A DNA stretch of 59,218 bases, the filler included, from Sphacelaria rigidula (taxonomy: Eukaryota): NCBI GenBank assembly GCA_964200075.2. It is 6 parts of 6 records of this genome, joined end to end, with 100 filler letters (N's around TTAATTAATTAA, not from the genome) between each part and the next. Parts side by side here need not be neighbours in the genome. Positions count along the whole stretch, not along the records: positions 19,775 to 29,561 come from CAXNAA020007765.1; positions 29,662 to 39,447 come from CAXNAA020007766.1; 4 more parts are not named here. One strand, 5' to 3'. The number at the start of each line of letters is the position of its first letter. The first letter of the stretch is position 1. Below the pieces are notes generated by a model. It searched no databases. It was given only the letters and a program-made list of their open reading frames with translations, and had not been told where the DNA came from. This document shows positions 24,251 through 35,837 of the stretch, piece after piece. Made by a program: the position numbers and the translations under genes.

Positions 24251-24376
24251 GGTACAACAGGAAGCAGAGCTCTAACCTGGGGGAAGCCAAAGATACAACA
24301 GGGAGCAGAGCTTCAACGTGGGGAAATCCAAAGGTACAACAGGGAGAAGAGCTTAAACCTGGGGAAATCCAAAGGT
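24251..24376 (+). repeat. 41-bp tandem repeat x3 downstream of Gypsy pol
   Basis: TACAACAGG starts at 24253, 24294 and 24335. Confidence 0.8.
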
Positions 24377-24618
24377 GGAAAAGACTGCAAGATCAGAAAT
24401 TTGAAAACCGGTGATCCAACGAGATCGAGCGCCAGCCGTACGGGGATACTGTAGTTCCAGCATTCGTAGATGGTGGTCATCTCCGGTAATTCTTGATCGT
24501 CGTCCGATGTAGGTCGCCCTGTTGTAATGTCGCAGAAGAGGGTCCTGGTGGAGAAGGGAGGGCAGACAATGCTACAGAAAAAGGGGGGGGAGCGACAGTT
24601 GTGACGAAGGAGCGTGGT

Positions 24619-27600
24619 TCAAAGCGGGGCGTGGACGTCGTGGGTGGGGTCAATGCTACGCTGGAGACCGCGGCGAAGTCCTTTGGCCTTAAGGCGCTGG
24701 AGACACCAGGATCCGCGTGGTGCAGATGGGCTGGTGGTGTATAGTGCTCGCCGGAGCTTGAGCTGTATGGGTCCAGGATCATCGATCAAGCGCACGATGT
24801 ATGTGTCGGCCGAAACCAGGTTAGCAAAGCGGGTCTGACCCAACCACCAGAGGTTGTCGCTGCCTTTGAACCAAAGGTAGCTGCCCTTGGGCAGTATTCG
24901 CTGGTTTGCGAAGAACTTCGTCTTACAAGTCTTGGTGGGTACACGTTCGTAACCATCGGCGACGAAGCGTAGTCCCTGATCGCGGTGAAGTTTGCGGGCT
25001 ACTGCGCCACGACGCATGTTGCGATATTTCTTGTTGTGAGCAAGATGCTGATGTGGGGATTGCGTCCAGTATAGGGGGATTGCGCGGCGGTGCAATTGAA
25101 GGTCGGATTCGCGTTCCCAAGACGCTCTCCGGAGACCGTGCCAGTGTGTTCTATACATGACAGCGATTTGGCCACCTCGACCACGAGTTATCTGGTGGCC
25201 AGAGATGGTGGACACGCGGTCAATCTAAGGGGCTGTTCCGTCACATCGTCGGTTGTAACGTGGTAGGGCGGGGACTTGGTCGAGTAGCTGTTGAGAACAT
25301 ACTGTTTGAATCCTGCAGGCAGGTACTTGGGTATGACACTTGTATCATGCGGGTTCGTGCAGGGTTTGCATCTGTGCACGGAGACGCGGGGTTTGGTGTC
25401 CTTGCCCCGGAAGTCGCGAGGCAATCCGAGACAGAGCAGTGTGTCACCAACGAGTTCATCATCCAGTGATGATGACGATGGTCTGACTGTCGGAATCTTA
25501 AATGGTTCTGTGCAATTAAGGGACAATTTTATCTTCAAAATTGTTTCGTTGGCTGCCTTGCTGGTGCCTTGGCGGATGGTCGACAAACTGTTGTAGATCC
25601 AAACCCAATCACCACCTTTCCAGTTAGGGCGTTTCTGCATGAGGTTGTAGAAAGCAGTATTAGGTCTCTCTAGGCGCGAGGTGTTGATAGCGTGTTGTTC
25701 GCGCACGAGGGTAAACGCTTTGCGTTGTCGCGCATGCGCTAGCTTGTGGTAGAATATCTGATCCTGATCCAATCCTTGGTGGCCATCGAACGTGTGTCGC
25801 TCAAACACGGTGATGGGCAGCCGAGGGTAACGTCCAAGATGGGGTGTTTTTGGAGAAAGGCCTGTGGCGGCTTTAACCGAGTTGTTGTAGGACAACATGA
25901 TGTGCGAGAGGTGTAGATCCCAGTCATTTTTGCGGTCATTGACAACCATAGAGAGCATCTGGGCCATGGTGTGATTAACGATTTCGGTACCACCGCTACC
26001 ATTCGGGTGGTAGTCGCTCGTAGCAATTTTGCGGATGCCCGGGTGCTTGTAAAGCTCGTCAGAGAGGTCTGAGCAAAACTGCTGACCATTGTCTGAAAAG
26101 GGGTCGCTTCGGGCAACCGTAGTGCTTAATGTAATCGTGGACTAATATATCGGCCGTTCCGGCGGCAGTGAAATCTGCGATGGTTACCACGTACATGGGT
26201 GCGTGGTGGCTGAAGTGGTCAGTGAAGAGTAAGATGTAGGTGTTGCCGCAACCTGTGGTCGGTAGAGGGCCAAAGTAGTCAAAGGACACAAGGTGGCCGG
26301 GCTCGTTGGGGAGTCCCATAGATATGACGGGCCAGCGTACTGTCTGTCGTGAAGTCCTTACAGCCTGGCATTTGAAGCATCGCCGAATCCAGAAGCTGGT
26401 ATAAATTTCCATGCCAACCCACCAGTAGAAGCGTTCCAAGAGTGCCAAGGTGCGGGTGACGCCAAGGTGACATGACAAGTCTGTGTGGCAGCCTTTCATG
26501 ACCCAGGGGCGCATTAGTAATGGGATATTTATGCGCGTTGGTTCGTCATCGAGTAGTCGTGCGTGGCGTCCCGTGGTTGAGGCGAAAATTGCACCCGTCA
26601 AAGGCGTGGGCCGACGCACGGATAGTTGCACGCCTTCATCAGTAGTAAAAAGGGAGCCTTTACGCACGAGCTCGTAGACGTCAGAGATAACTGGTGGTGG
26701 CACTGTGCCAGCCGGGGCCAGAAGTGTGGATAGAAAAGGGACTGGACAGTCGAGTTGCAAGTACTGGATCGCTGCGCGACCTAGCGGTTCTGCGTTTTGT
26801 TCGCGAGCCCAATCGCGGTGGGAGTAGCTGGCGAGAAACTCGCGTAGTTGATTTTCCGCTGACGAGCCGACCAAACATGGTGGGGCAGGCGGCGGGGGAA
26901 TAGGTGACGGGGCAGAAATACCGACGTCAATATCTGTCCCGGAAGCAGGAGCCAAGTCGTGAGCTCCGTGCTCAGGAGCGGTAGATATTGGCGGCGCCGT
27001 TATGGGCGGCACGGCTGTATCCGTGCGGGGCGAAGATTGTTCGTGGCGCGTGGTGCACGTTGCAGAAGTTTTCGCGGAGCGATGCGTGCTGGTCCATGGA
27101 ACGTGTGCTGCGTGGCTCGTGGAATTTGTAGGTGTTATCGGTGGCGGCCGGGCACTCGGTGTGGTGCGGGTGGCAGACCGGGAGCGCGTGTTATCGGAGA
27201 TTAGGTGGGTGGCTGGAGGTGTCTCCGCGAAGAGCTTCGCGCGAGTACCGAAAGTGCGGAAATCGACAAAATCGGAGGTAGTGGGCTTCGACCCACCCAA
27301 GACGGCGTCATATGGTAGAGGGCGAGGTCCTCCCATATGCATACCGATTTCCGGGCACTGGAGGTCGAGGGCGTAAGCGGGCGTTGAAAAACGTCTGATC
27401 GCGTACATTCCAGGTTCATCGGGTTCCGTTAAACGGCAAGCCGGGCTGGGATCTGCGGCCGTAGGCGGCAGGGGTAAGCGACAAAGAAGATAAGCGTTCC
27501 CGCTGGTTCTGCCTGGACGGTGAATAATGGCATACTTGTATGCTGTTAGAAACTCCAACCATCGTTGTACACGCGGGTTATGTTCGCTAACTTTGGCGAG

Positions 27601-29561
27601 TTGTTCGAGTGCTCCGTGATCTTTATAGATCTCCATGGGCACGTGAAACAGATAGTGTCGAAGACGCTTAATGGCCCAAGTGATTACTCCACATTACAGT
27701 TCTAGCGGGCTCCAATTGACCTCGTTGGGAAGGGTAGCGCGGCTGATATAGAGGATGGGTTGGACGGAGCCATCAACCTGAGGTGATTCAAAACTCCTCC
27801 AAATCCGTTTGTGCTGGCGTCAGTGTGGAGTTGGAAAAGGCGGGAGCCCTCTTGTACTGCTTCCCAATCAGGAAAGCAGAGTACCGGCTTTTCGGTAAGC
27901 GTCTTGACTAATTCGCGGATGATTTTCTCCATCTCGGTTGTGAAGGAAAACACAGCCCCTTTCTTGAGTGACTCAGTAAGGGGGTGAACCGGTTTAAATA
28001 AATTCGGCAAACATTTGCGGTAGTAAGATAGCCCGCCCAACAATGAGCGAAGTTGAGAAATGTTAGTTGGCATCGGCAAGTCAGTTATCGCCTTGACTTT
28101 ATTTGTATCCGGATGCAGGCCTGCTGGCGAAATGAAATGCCCCAAAATATCCAAGTCAGTCGTACTAACGCGAGCTTTGGATTAAGACAGTTTCAAACCG
28201 TGCGTGCGTAGGCGAGAGAGAAATTCTCGTAGAGTGCAGATATGTGCAATAGGTGAAGCATCGAAAGCGATAGCGTCATCCAGGTACATGATGATGTGCT
28301 CGAGGCCCTCGGTGACGCGTTGCTTCAAGCGTTGATAGCATCCCGGGGCAGTGGCGGCGCCTTGTGGCATCCGAAGCCACTCATCGAGTCCGGACGAGGT
28401 ACAAAAAGCCGTCAGTGGGACTGTGTCAGTGTGTATAGCATTCTGAAAAATCCAGAAGCGAGGTCGAAGGTGCTGAATATTTGTTCTTCGTCTAAGGAGG
28501 CGAAGACTTCATCAATGCGGGAATTTGGAAGTTTGCCGACTACAGTGACGCGCTTCAACCGTTAATAATTCACGCTTATGCGTATGTTTCCATCGTTTTC
28601 GGGGACGACCACAAGGGGCAAGGCCCAAGGAGAGGAGGAATGTTGTATCAATCCTGCTTCCAAGTATGCATTCAAGATAGCGTTAACCTCCTTGGTAAAG
28701 ATTGGGTTTTTCTAGTATGGCCGAAAAGAAATCGGCGAGACACCGGGTTGGAGGTAACCTCAAAGGGCAGCGTTTTGCAATGCCCAAGATCCGTCTTGGA
28801 TCGGGAAAATCGGTCTTGGTACTGTAGCAGGACATCACTGAGTTCTCGGATGACTGCCGGTTCCCAGCCGGGTCCATGAAGGTGAAAATTGATGTCGCGC
28901 ATGTGTAGCGGCAGTTGGATTCACATGTGCAAGAACCTATTGCGAGAATCTGGTGATGAGCGTTGAAGCACTTCAGCAGGAGGATCGGAATTTGGCTGAG
29001 CAGGATCCACTGTGTGGACCCGGGGTGGAGTCTCAGAGTCGAGGTCGAAATAGGGTTCATTGACACAGTGGACTGACTCCACAGGAGATGTGGCGTTTGG
29101 AGCGGCAGGTGCTGCTACGCACGTCTCGAGTGGGATGTGCATCAGGGGAGCAGGGGCGATTCCTAAAACATCGCCAGGTTCCAAGTTAGCATGATCCGTA
29201 AGAGGGAGGAGTTGTTGTCCCGCCGACACAAAATGTTCTGTGTCGGCTGGTGCGCCAATGCGGGGTAACATTTCGGCAAGATAGTGACCCGTAAGTGTTA
29301 GCATGCCATTTCGGCGAACTAGTGTAACGTCTAGAAGTTGAGGGTTGTCGGAGAGTGTAATATCAACGCTACCGTTGTATCGTAGGTGGTAAGCAGCTCC
29401 GGTTGCTTGAGTATTCTTCTGGTAGGCCAGGGCACCGTCGAGAGTACCAAAGTGCTCGAGGTTGAATTCTCCACGAGGCGTGGAATGTGGCGACGGCGGT
29501 GGAAGCGTGCGGTAGGTGCGTTTATTAAAGCGCATATAGTTATCTCCGCCCAACAATATGG
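24619..29561 (-). mobile_element. Degenerate Gypsy/Ty3 pol (RT, RNase H, integrase, chromodomain-like C-terminus)
   Basis: RT MPQG...YLDD (28182-28370); RNase H LHTDAS; integrase H..LSCHLG...CFKCQ, FDYFGPLP, LSYNNS; order RT-RH-INT. Many frameshifts. Confidence 0.93.
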
Positions 29562-29661
29562 NNNNNNNNNNNNNNNNNNNNNNNNNNNNNNNNNNNNNNN
29601 NNNNNTTAATTAATTAANNNNNNNNNNNNNNNNNNNNNNNNNNNNNNNNNNNNNNNNNNNN
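29562..29661. other. Artificial linker
   Basis: N44-TTAATTAATTAA-N44. Confidence 0.97.
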
Positions 29662-30306
29662 AGAAAAAGGGCGGCGGAGCCCGGCCGCCGCCCCCGGCAA
29701 AAGGAGAGGGGGAGGGGGGGGGGGGGGGGGGGGGGGGATGTCTACGTATCCCCGTTTCCTCGCGATCGACTCATTTTCAATCTTCATTGGCTCTTCTACC
29801 GTAGCTTCTCGAATGAAGCAGATCTCAATTAAGTGTTGGATGTGACAGTCACATATTCTCCGCACTATGGTCATCGAATCACTTGCAGTACTTCCGGGGT
29901 GAAATGTTTGCTGCTGCAGTATCCTTGAGTAGACACCACACCCTGGACAAAAGATTATGGTGTAAAAAAATGTACTGCGTACAGTACGGAATCTTTCGTC
30001 TATTGCAATATGCGCAATAGTTGATACCGTACGCAGTACACTATTTGACGGTGTATTCTTTTGTCTAGGGAGCGGTAGACACTACTGCAACACATTCAAG
30101 TCCGGCAGAACCGAAAGCACCACTAATACCCTCGTTCCATTCCGAGTCCCCACGTGGCGCATGTACAGTACGAGCGCCAGTTCCAGAGCTTGTCACCATG
30201 ATCGTCGGGATGTTCGCCCGAACAATCTTTATCCCCTTTTGGAAATAATCATAATAATTGGTACTTGCGCTAATTATGGTGCCCGTAACCCTTGCACCGA
30301 GTAATC

Positions 30307-30741
30307 TCACAAACCCCGTACTGCGTATCCAAACATGCATGGCTCACATTTAATCTCTTCGTCGGCTACGGTCGTTCCGCCGCCCGTCCCGGTTACGGCG
30401 CGAGCCGCCGGGGCCTGCACTTTCTGCTCACTTTCACTGTCCGAAGATGATTCGCTCCCATAATCTTCTCCTTCGACAGCACCGCTACGGCCATCATCAC
30501 CCGCGGCCTGCACCTTCTGCTCGCTTTCACTGTCCGAAGACGATTCGCTCCCACCATCTTCTCCTTCGACAGCACCGCTACGGCCACCATCACCCTTTTT
30601 GTCTTCATCGTCTTTATCACTGATCATGTTCAGGCAAACGCGATTGACGGCCTTATATGCGCCGTACAAAAGGACGCCTGCCTCAACCGGACCAAGAACA
30701 GCTGCTCCGAGTACCCCTATCCCGCCACCCATGACAGCTGC
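30307..30741 (-). CDS. Probable terminal exon of the LRAT-domain gene (hydrophobic segment plus 31-aa acidic/Ser duplication)
   Basis: ccgcag|GCA acceptor, phase 0, matches the donor at 33870. Hydrophobic AAVMGGGIGVLGAAVLGPVEAGVLLYGAY, then a 93-bp tandem duplication. Confidence 0.55.
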   Translation of the reverse strand, partial: AAVMGGGIGVLGAAVLGPVEAGVLLYGAYKAVNRVCLNMISDKDDEDKKGDGGRSGAVEGEDGGSESSSDSESEQKVQAAGDDGRSGAVEGEDYGSESSSDSESEQKVQAPAARAVTGTGGGTTVADEEIKCEPCMFGYAVRGL

Positions 30742-31914
30742 CTGCGGTTATTTACCATCATGAATAGAAAGCGGCATACATCGACCACGACGAGATCAGA
30801 TACTAGTTTTGTTCCTGTCTGATGCCATCATTCACGGAATAGTTGCGGAATCTGTAAACGTCCATGACATGGTCGGTGGCACACCATCAGCTCCGGCTAA
30901 CTCGTGAACAAAGAGCAAGCGACTTGATCAAGTAAAATACCAGCAGATACTCGGCAGTCCTTCAGCAGGCCGTACTAGCACCGCTATTCAGTTCATTGAT
31001 TTTGATCGATATTCGCACCTTGACGGACCCTTCAGGGATCCACCCGGGGTTACATGATAGAGGTACCTCAGACAAATAATGTCAGGAAAATACCAACACA
31101 CGGGGAATATCCTGGGCATAAAAAAGACCGAGGCATGAAATCAACGTACTCCTGCTGACGTGAAGCTAGCGGCAGAGTAACACAAGTGCGCCGAGGGGGG
31201 GGACTTGTATTTCACGGAACGTGCGTTGTGCAGAGGTTGGAAACGAACGTCAGCCATGATTCAATTTGAAGGTCTTCAAAGTTTGTCGGACGAGTTCGCC
31301 AAACGTTTCGAACTACTCACTCTTCTGTTGAATAATGAAAAATAAGAAACATCCATACTGATGTAAACGTTTTCGAGTAGTCTCAAACAGCGTCGTGATC
31401 GGCATGTGAACTCGACGAGCCAGATGTTGATACTAGACTCGAATGGTGGCCGCACCACACTTTTCATGCAGTCAAAGTCGATACTCCAAATATGATGAAT
31501 GACGGGTTGTCACTGTGACATACATTGACACAATCCCCGACACTTGATGGCACCGTCGGTCACAGTAGACGGACAAACACTCACACGCACAAGCCGAATT
31601 CCGCCGACACACATTTCTTCCTCCCATATGTTTCCCTTCTTTTGGTCTATTACTACATTTGTCTGTTCCAGCCCTTTTTTTTTCTGTTTTTCTCCACACT
31701 TTTCTTCAGCGAATGTTTCATCCTCATCTTGTCTTGGGTACAGTCGATTATGTGACCACGGCTCGATATCTGAGGGAACAGTTAAAGTGCGACAATCAAT
31801 CAAATCGATCAAACAGAAGTTACAGTGACAAGTATTAGAGTGAAGGGAGGGTGTTGTTGCTATTCTGAACGGCACTGTGTCGCCGTACGACAGGCCGTAT
31901 ATCTTGTGTGTATA

Positions 31915-32469
31915 CTTCCTCTTTCTCATTAGTCTAGGCACATATGGTTGAACGAGCCCTTAACGGTCTTTTTATTGCGTTCGTCGGCGTTTTTCGAGCT
32001 GAAACCAACACTATTTCTACAACGTGAATGCTCGACCCATGAAGCCGCGCGGCCGGGAAAGATAGGTCGGACCAAAAACGGCCATTCTTCGCTCTTTTCC
32101 CCAGGAAAGCTTGAAAGACCCGGGAACACGAAAAATCGCGAAAAATGGGCCGGAAAATGTGAAAATCGCAAAACCACCATTGATTTTGGACATGTCCGTG
32201 ATGTTAACCTATGCACGCCCCATCCGACATTTTGTCAGCATGTAATTGCTAGTGCTTGACGTGAAAATGTCCAAAATCGGTCGATGATGGGGTATACTTC
32301 GACAAAAATTTAGTGATGAAAACAAGGGGTTTTTTTCAGAGGGGTTTTCTCCATCAGCTTCGTCTGCGCTTTACCTCTCTCACGGACCCAACCATAGGAT
32401 GATTGTCAACGCCAAAATACCGAAACGATTAAACGCCCAGAAGTGCCCAGACTCATGAGACAGAGGAAG
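31915..32469. mobile_element. Tc1/mariner-type (Stowaway-like) MITE, copy 2
   Basis: TIRs CTTCCTCTTTCTCATTAGTCTAGGCAC and GTGCCCAGACTCATGAGACAGAGGAAG, with TA flanks. Internal similarity, inverted, to 2700-2930. Confidence 0.8.
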
Positions 32470-32488
32470 TATCCACACAAGTACAGTA

Positions 32489-33148
32489 CGGGCTGGGTCA
32501 GCCATCAGCTCCTCTTGGACGGTTGAACAGTTGGACCCTGCTTCATTTCAAAACTCAAGAGGCTGAATTGTTCACACGAGATGAGTATCAACACGCGGGA
32601 AGTAGCGGGAAAAGCCATGAGAAAATGAAACCCGAAGTTGCACCGATTTGAAGCGGTTTTTGTGCCTGTACTTTCTCGTCCTTTCGGTTGGTTGAGGGCT
32701 GAAATTTCGGGGGAAAACAAATTCTTGAAACTCCACGGAGAGTAAAAATCTGGCTCCTTCCGTGCAGAAGTTTCAAGTCGCGTGTGCAAGGTCCTTGTAA
32801 GACTTTGGCTCGAAAATGCTAAACATGGGCGGAGCCTTCCACTTCTTGTGTGACACCCCTGGCACCCTGTTGTCTAACTGGCGCAGGAGACTTCCACAAG
32901 ATCGGAGTATCACGAGTTCGAATCTCGATAGATTCCTCTGATTCGGCAGAAACTGGTTCCGTGGCTGAGGTCATACATCATGGGCAGTACATCTCGTTTG
33001 TTTTCATGTCTTCAGCGATAGAGCGTGTCATCAGCAGGTCGGTGCACATTTCATAGAGATACACAGTGCCTACAAAGGGCTGGTTCTGGAAACTGTAATC
33101 ATGTATCGTTCACCGAAGGGATGCGGGTTTCTTGGCTGACCTAGGCTC
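32489..33148. mobile_element. TA-flanked MITE with tRNA-like core, degenerate copy
   Basis: Ends CGGGCTGGGTCAGCCA and TGGCTGACCTAGGCTC; homologous to 54587-55185; T-arm CGAG-TTCGAAT-CTCG near 32913-32927. Confidence 0.6.
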
Positions 33149-33869
33149 TACAGTACGATGTGAATACTGGCACATGTATTTTTCGGTAGGCGTTTCCTGA
33201 CAATTTTGCGCGATGTTTCGCAAGTCATGGAGACTGTGGCCACCTTGCGGGGTAGGTTGGGGTAGGTTCGGCGAATGTTATCGAGATCAGTTCGACACAT
33301 GCGGCTACCAAGGGTCCGCAAGGTCTCCCTCCAGTCACCCGTCAACGTAGCCGTATTTCTGTGATTCAGCTGGATTTGATTCCTGTGACCCGTGTGGGCG
33401 CAGAGTGCATTCCCCAAGCTCGATGATGCTCACCACATAGACCCCGGATCATTCCGGGTTTCGGAGATAATAATAGATGATGGAGTACAACCACCTTCCG
33501 GGACGCAAACTTTTCATGCTCACTATTCCAGGGGATACCTTGCAGTTTTGACGACGCGCCCATTCAAGAATCTGGTCCGAGGTGTTTGCACCCTCCGCGA
33601 AGTGGTATGCCACATGAACATCCCGTGCGGTATACATATTGCTACCAACACGCTCCGACCCCCTTTACGAGATGAAAAACCGAGCAGCACGTGAGCCAGT
33701 CTAGGGAATCTTCCGATTCATCTCCGGGCACGCTACACCTCGTCGGAGAACAGCACATTCCTCTCTGCCCGGACTTACGCAGCACAGGGAAGTGGCGAAT
33801 ATAAAAGTGCCCGTACCGATACGTTGAAACCGAGTACGGATCTTCCACAGCAGCACTGTACATACATAC

Positions 33870-34115
33870 CTGCACGCTGAACTTTTTCCCGACGCGGCAA
33901 AAGTGCGTGAAGTGCTCGCAGTTGTTGCCCAAGATATCATAAGGAACATCCTTCCATACTCTTTCCTCCGTGGCCATCAACGCCATGGCGAGCGAGTCTG
34001 CCCTTGCCTCGTCACTGTCGCGCTTGTACAGCAGCACCTGTAGCTCGTCCTCGCCAGAGAGGAAGCGCTCCAAGGTGATCACGTTCGGCGGGGTGTCGGT
34101 GTTGCGTTCGCACAC
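33870..34115 (-). CDS. LRAT/NC-domain (NlpC/P60-like) protein, exon with NCEHF catalytic motif
   Basis: YDILGNNCEHFTHFCRVGKKFSVQ; ctcag| acceptor and CAG|gtatgt donor; 246 nt. Confidence 0.9.
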
Positions 34116-34329
34116 CTGAGGCGGTCAGGGATAGCAAGACGAGATCGATCCTGGCACTTTGGTACTTGGAACAAAAACCCTCTCTTTCTGTGCCCGGGAA
34201 AACCACCGTTTATACTCCCTACCTTCCTTCTCGGCTTGTACCGCCCATCCGTAGCCAGAGACAGACGTGTGCGGATGCTGCATGTAGCCCTGACTGCTGG
34301 ATACCTACCCGGAGGGGGTGCACACCCAC

Positions 34330-34528
34330 CTTACCGTCACCGAGGTAAATGCCATGATGCCACGAGACAAGGTTAATCCTTTTCGTGATTTCGTCCCCTG
34401 GGTGTAGCGCATCCGAGGTGCTGTAGTCTGTAGCCTTTATGGTGATCTTGTTATGCTTGCGCCGCCGGCGGAGGCGCCTCGCTTCGATCCTCACCCTCAG
34501 CTCCTCTATTGCCTCAGAAGGCTTGAGG
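34330..34528 (-). CDS. LRAT/NC-domain protein, exon with HHGIYLGDGK motif
   Basis: LHPGDEI...WHHGIYLGDGK splices in frame (AAG|gtgggt) to the NCEHF exon. Confidence 0.87.
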
Positions 34529-35805
34529 CTGGAGATTTGGCGGCAGGATGCCACCAGGCAGCCATCGAGAGAGCAATCACGCGTTTGCGAAAACATGGGT
34601 AAGAAAGACAGAAGGATTTTTTTCATTTTCCGAAAGGGCGTTCTGACGGCTTTGGTTTTGCATTGTAACCAAGGATCAAGGCAGTGGAGAACCCGCGAGT
34701 ACGATTATGGCACGGCGCTTGGCGGCACAGTTAGAGTCAAACGAGATGCAAAACGGCGTGCGCCAGTTCTTGACGAAAGTCCGGCGAAGAACGAGAAGGG
34801 ATTCGGGTATCATACAAGAGAAACAAAATGCACGTGCACGTCGACATAAAATCATCGTATCAGGTCCCTGCGTCGCTTTTCTCGCGGAAAGGTTCGCAGG
34901 TCAGAAAGTTCATCGTTGACAACAAATATTATATTTTCGACAACCCAGTCTTCACCTTCATTCGGTCGCTGGAAAACTCCGTTTTGCTAGTGTGGGTACA
35001 GCGGATTTCGAGCCTTGTCGAAGCACGCACTTCCCCCCTGGGACAGGGATGGGGGAACCTCGCAGTGGAGAATGTTTTATATGGATGATTTCTCGTTACA
35101 CCTTATATTGCCCATCCATCCCCGGCACAAAACATCAGGCCTCCACAGTACATGCGCTTCAACTCCATGATCAATGGTATACTTTGAAACCGTGTCAGAT
35201 GGCATTTCTGGGACCCAATCGATGCCATCTTTCCCAGGAGAGGGCGGTGACAACGAAGGTTAGCCCCCGTGGAAGCTGTGATCACCATCACGGGCGTCGT
35301 ACGGTAGGGAAGTATCCATTTCCAACAGGAAATATGACTGCAACGTCGTTCAGTCGACTGAACTTATTGAAATATTTTGTAGCATATGTTTTTTTATTTT
35401 AGCTATGAAGTGGAACACGGGGTACAGGTGAACGCCAGAAGGTTAGCGATTTCTTTTTCGTGTCTAGTCTACTGGCTCCACCCCGCCTTGTCCTTGGAGA
35501 CAAGATATCAACGAGTCATACCGAGTGCAATAGTCTGGCAGTGTTACGCCGAACTTTTGTTCATGATGGAACACACTTTGAAATGCTTCGATACTTTCGA
35601 AATCGATGGCGAATATCGCGAGTTTTCTCGCTGTACACTGCACACTCGACCCCCCTCTTCCGAGAAAATAACGGCATGACACAATCTACGAACCCCCCCC
35701 CCCCCCAAAACACCCCCCACCACCCCAACCCCACCCCGCCACACCAGANNNNNNNNNNCCCCCCCACCCCCCCCCCCCCCACACAAAAATAAAACAACAC
35801 CCACC

Positions 35806-35837
<32 letters not shown>

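Noticed and set aside
35690-35830. Poly-C/G tract and Gly/Pro-rich ORFs
   Set aside because: Low-complexity sequence containing Ns; probably low quality.
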